DNA from: Mobula hypostoma
Lineage: Eukaryota
DNA: 64,000 nt
NCBI RefSeq assembly: GCF_963921235.1
Contig: NC_086097.1
Coordinates: 42,966,001 to 43,030,000, forward strand
Reading direction: 5' to 3'
The notes under the pieces are model-generated. The model did not search any database, was not told the origin of the DNA, and worked only from the letters and a program-made list of their open reading frames with translations. The position numbers were made by a program, and so were the translations under genes. Within the stretch, counting starts at the first letter, position 1, and each line of letters opens with the position of its first letter. This document shows positions 60,135 to 64,000 of this stretch, piece after piece.

Positions 60135-61495
60135 TAGACAGAGTACCTGGTAAGGGTCTGAAAACTTGTGCCAACCAACTGGCAGGGGGTGTTCAAAGAC
60201 ATTTTTAATCTCTTATTGCTATAGCCAGAAGTTTCTACCTACTTCAAAAAGGGCAAAACTTATACCAGTGCCCAAGAAGAGCAGGGTAAGCTGCCTTAAT
60301 GACTATTGTCCAGTAGCACTCACATCTACAGTGATGAAGTGCTTTGAGAGGTTGGTTATGGTTAGAATCAACTCCTGTCTCAGCAAGTACCTGTACCCAC
60401 TGCAACTTGCTTAACACCACAATAGGTCTACAGCAGACATGATCTCATTGGCTTTCCATGCAGTCTTGGATCACCTCCTGGACAATACAAATACCTATGT
60501 CAGGATGCTGTTCATTTCAGCTCAGCATTTAACACCATCATTCCTACAGCTTTGATTGAAAAGCTCCAAAATCTGGGCCTCTATACCTCCCTGTGCAACT
60601 GGATCTTCAACTTCCTAACTGGACGACCACAATATGTACAGACTGGAAGTAACGTCTCCACCTCACTGACAACCAAAACTGGTGCACCTCAGGAAAGAGT
60701 GCCTGCTTAGCCCACTACACCCTCTCTCTACACCCATGACTGTGTGGCTAGGTATAGCTCAAGTGCCATCTATAAATTTGCTGATGATAAAACCATTGTT
60801 GGCAGAATTCTAGATGTGACAAGAGGGCCTACAGGAGCGAGTTAAATCAGCTAGTTGAGTGGTGTTGCAGCAACAACCTGGCACTCAACGTCAGTACGAC
60901 CAGAGAGCTGATTGTGGACTTCAGAAAGGGTAAGATGAGGGAACACACACTAGACCTCACAGGGGGATCAGAAGTGGAAAGGGTGAGCAATTTCAAGTTC
61001 CTGCGTGTCAACATCTCTGAGGATCTATCCTGGGCCAACATATCGATGCAGCTACAAAGAAGACACGACAGTGGCTATATTTCATTCAGAGTTTGAGGAG
61101 ATTTGGTAGGTCACCAAAGACACTTGCAAATTTCTACTATGGAACCGTGGAGAGCATTCTAACTGGCTGCATCACCATCTCTTATGGCAGGCTACTTCAC
61201 AGGATCAAAATAAGCTGCAGAGAATTGTAAACTAGTCAACTCCATCATGAGCACTAGCCTCTGTGGCATTTAGACATCTTTAAGGAGCAATGCCTCAAAA
61301 AGGCAGCACCCATCATTAAGGACCCCATCACATGCCCTGTTCTCATTGCTACCATCAAGGAGGTACAAGAGCTCGAAGGCACACCTTCAGCGATTCTGGA
61401 ACAGCTTCTTCCCTTCCACCATCGTTTTCTGAATGGGCATTGAATCCATGAACACCACCTCACTTCTGTTTATTTTTATACTATTTATTTAACTA
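60135..61495 (+). mobile_element. Decayed Rex1/Babar LINE
   Basis: PVPKKSRVSCLNDYCPVALTSTVMKCFERLV; KFADDKTI. Confidence 0.85.
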
Positions 61496-61512
61496 TTATA
61501 TATATTTTTCTT

Positions 61513-61823
61513 GTGGGCACGTGGCCAAGTGGTTAAGGCGCTCGACTAGCAATCTTAAGGTCGTGAGTTCGAGCCCCAGCCGAGGCAGCGTGTTGTGTCC
61601 TTGAGCAAGGCACTTAATCATACAGTGCTCTGTGAAAACACTGGTGCCAAGCTGTATGGATCCTAATGCCTTTCCCTTGGACAACATCACTGTCGTGGAG
61701 AGGGGAGACTTGCAGCATGGGCAGCTGCCAGTCTTCCACACAACCTTGCCTAGGCCTGCACCCTGGAGAGTGAAGACTTTCCAGGCGCAGATCCATGGTC
61801 TCGCAAGACTAACGGATGCGTAA
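61513..61823 (+). mobile_element. tRNA-derived SINE with CORE-like domain and RTE-like tail
   Basis: Box A TGGCCAAGTGG, box B GTTCGAGCC, tgtgtccttgagcaaggcacttaa CORE-like block, 12-bp TSD ATATATTTTTCT (61500-61511 / 61826-61837). Confidence 0.85.
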
Positions 61824-61837
61824 GAATATATTTTTCT

Positions 61838-62185
61838 CAACCCTTATGGACGGTGTGTATGTGCATTTTTCCTTCAATCTTGGGTCCTCTACCAGAGGCC
61901 TGGGAGCTTGAGGATTTGGCAAAGTATCCTGTTGTTCCTAGTAGTGAGCTCTTTTGAACTGAGATCTCAGCTGTTGTTCCCAGGATTTGTTGGAGCCACT
62001 GGGAGAGTGCGCCTATCACCTCCAGGATTACTCTGCCTTTAACCTTCCACATCCTTTCTATCTGCTCTTCCAAGCCCTGGTATTTCTCCAGTTTCTCATA
62101 TTCTTTCTTCCCGATGTTACTGTCATTCGGGATTGCCACATCTATTACTATTGTTTTCTTCTGCTCCTTGTCCAGTATTACTATG
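61838..62185 (-). mobile_element. R4/Dong-type (restriction-like endonuclease) LINE 3' fragment
   Basis: IVILDKEQKKTIVIDVAIPND...KEYEKLEKYQGL...VIGAL...QKSSLLGT. Confidence 0.8.
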
Positions 62186-62775
62186 TAATATATACATACA
62201 TACACTATAATTTACTTTTTTTCCCTCTATTATTATGTACTGCCTTGTAATGTTGCCGCAAAAGACAACACATTTTACGACATATGCTAGTGATATTAAA
62301 CTTGCTTCTGATTCAAGAAGACAACCAGCACTTTTCAATGGCAACAGCGGATGGGCAATAACTCCTTGACAGCAATGACCAGACTCTGGAAAACTAACAA
62401 AACATTTGAAGTAATTTAGTCTGATTACTCTGCACCAAAGGTCACTTGTGTTATATTTTCGCTTAGTTCGCATTGATAGATTGTAATCACCACACATACA
62501 CAAGGAGAGAGAACGGCAGTCGCCTCACACTATGAAGACAGAACAATGTGTTCTACAATTAATAGGTCGCCTGAGAACTCGCTTATATTTCAACAAAGAC
62601 AAAACTCCTCGCAATTAATTAGGAATTTGTATGGACTCAAGTATTTAATTACATTCGGGAGCGAGTCCCAATAAGTAAACATAAACCGCTTTATCGCCTA
62701 CTGAAAAGTCTTTGCTAATACGGATGAATAATCTATGACATTTACAGATAGCCTTTTGGAATATTCTCCACTTAC

Positions 62776-62840
62776 GATCTCAGAATTAATCCGTGCATTT
62801 TAAAAGCAGCCGAAATTTTACTCTTCACTTGAGACGCCAT
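62776..62840 (-). CDS. POLE2: POLE2 exon 1 (coding part)
   Basis: MASQVKSKISAAFKMHGLILR, donor gtaagt. The 19 exons sum to 1581 nt = 526 aa plus stop, with consistent phases. Confidence 0.92.
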
Positions 62841-62848
62841 CCTGCAGC

Positions 62849-62860
62849 TTTGGCGCCAAA
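62849..62860. promoter_or_regulatory. Palindromic overlapping double E2F site TTTGGCGCCAAA
   Basis: Matches TTTSSCGC on both strands, 8 nt from the POLE2 ATG, flanked by CTGCAG on both sides. Confidence 0.8.
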
Positions 62861-62869
62861 CTGCAGCCT

Positions 62870-63031
62870 CCGTCACGACAGAGAACGTACTGGGAGAGAG
62901 CGCCACCCCCGTTCATTCATAAACTGTCACCCCGGCCCCAGCCGCCTCTCATTGATGCCATGTAGACTCGCCGAGTCTGAGTTCAACACGAATGGAATTC
63001 CCATCCCCTTGATGTGCGACCACTTCTACAG
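62870..63031 (+). other. Putative first exon of a divergently transcribed gene or lncRNA (start approximate)
   Basis: The CpG-rich segment ends in a perfect donor, CAG|GTAAGT, at 63031/63032, followed by AT-rich intron-like sequence. Confidence 0.45.
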
Positions 63032-63134
63032 GTAAGTGTATATTTAGGGATTTAGCTAAATGCCATATGACTAAGATAAAGAGGAAAATGTGGTTCCTAG
63101 TTGTATAAGAAATTAAACATATTTGGTAATTGAA

Positions 63135-64000
63135 TAGAATTGAGTTGACTTTATTACTTACATCCTTCATATACACGAGGAGTAAAAATGCTTAGGTTAC
63201 GTCTCCACCTAAATGTGCAATGTGCAATTTATAGTAATTTATAATAAATATCCTGTATAACAGGACAGTCAATATAGGATAGAAATCTAATTGTATCAGC
63301 GTGAATTAATCAGTCTGATGGCCTGGTGGTAGAAGCTGTCCTGGGGTCTGTTGGTCCTGGCTTTTATGCTGTGATACTGTTTCCTGGATGGTAGTAGCTG
63401 GAACAGTTTGTGGTTGGGGTGACTCAGGTCCCCAATGATCCTTTGGGCCCTTTTTACACACCTGTTTTTGTAAATGTCCTGAATAGTGGGAAGTTCACAT
63501 CCACAGATGCGCTGGGCTGTCCGCACCACTCTCTGCAGAGTCCTGCGATTGAGAGAAATACAGTTCCCATACCAGGCAGTGATGCAGTCAGTCAAGGTGC
63601 TCTCAATTGTGCCCCTGTAGAAAGTTCTGAGGATTTGGGGGCCCACACCAAACTTCTTCAACGGTCCGAGGTGGAAGAGGCACTGTTGTGTTTTTTTCAC
63701 CACACAGCCGGTATGTACAGACCACGTGAGATCCTTGGTGATGTTTTTGCCAAGGAACTTAAAACTGTTCACCCTCTCAACCCCAGATCCATTCATGTCA
63801 ATAGGGGTTAGCCCGTCTCCACTCCTCCTGTAGTCCACAACCAGCTCCTTTGTTTTTGAGACATTGAGGGAGAGGTTGTTTTCTTGACACCACTGTGTCG
63901 GGGTAATAACTTTTTCTCTGTAGGCTGCCCAATTATTATTTGAGACCAGGCCAATCAGTGTAGTATCGTCAATGAATTTAATTAGCATATTGGAGCTGTG
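63135..64000 (-). mobile_element. Rex1/Babar LINE, running off the window end
   Basis: 230 aa open frame: KFIDDTTLIG, WCQENNLSLNVSKTKELVVDYR, SFYHQAIRLIN. Confidence 0.88.

Noticed and set aside
61513-61585. tRNA gene
   Set aside because: It is the head of a SINE: it continues into the CORE-like body and is bounded by a TSD

Overview
This is vertebrate genomic DNA, most likely from an elasmobranch (ray or shark; inferred from the repeat families and protein divergence). It holds two complete minus-strand protein-coding genes in the same tandem order as human 14q21: DNAAF2/KTU (3 exons, ATG 12107 to stop 320, 906 aa) and POLE2 (19 exons, ATG 62840 to stop 15554, 526 aa). I read all exons and splice sites directly from the sequence. 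POLE2 intron 8 (34606-36896) is a minor-spliceosome (U12) AT-AC intron. Visible regulatory signals are a palindromic double E2F site just upstream of the POLE2 ATG, an RFX X-box/forkhead/CRE cluster upstream of DNAAF2, and a perfect plus-strand splice donor at 63031 that suggests a divergently transcribed first exon. Much of the remainder is transposable elements: CR1, Rex1/Babar, RTE and R4/Dong-type LINE fragments, tRNA-derived SINEs, a Tc1 element nested in a LINE, hAT derivatives, a probable solo LTR, and several Penelope-derived foldback repeats carrying minimal hammerhead-ribozyme motifs. Most ORFs in the supplied track are TE remnants or antisense artefacts. I found no wholly new gene system. 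The best leads are the hammerhead foldback family, the TE-invaded AT-AC intron and the divergent exon. TE boundaries are approximate unless a TSD or TIR is quoted.
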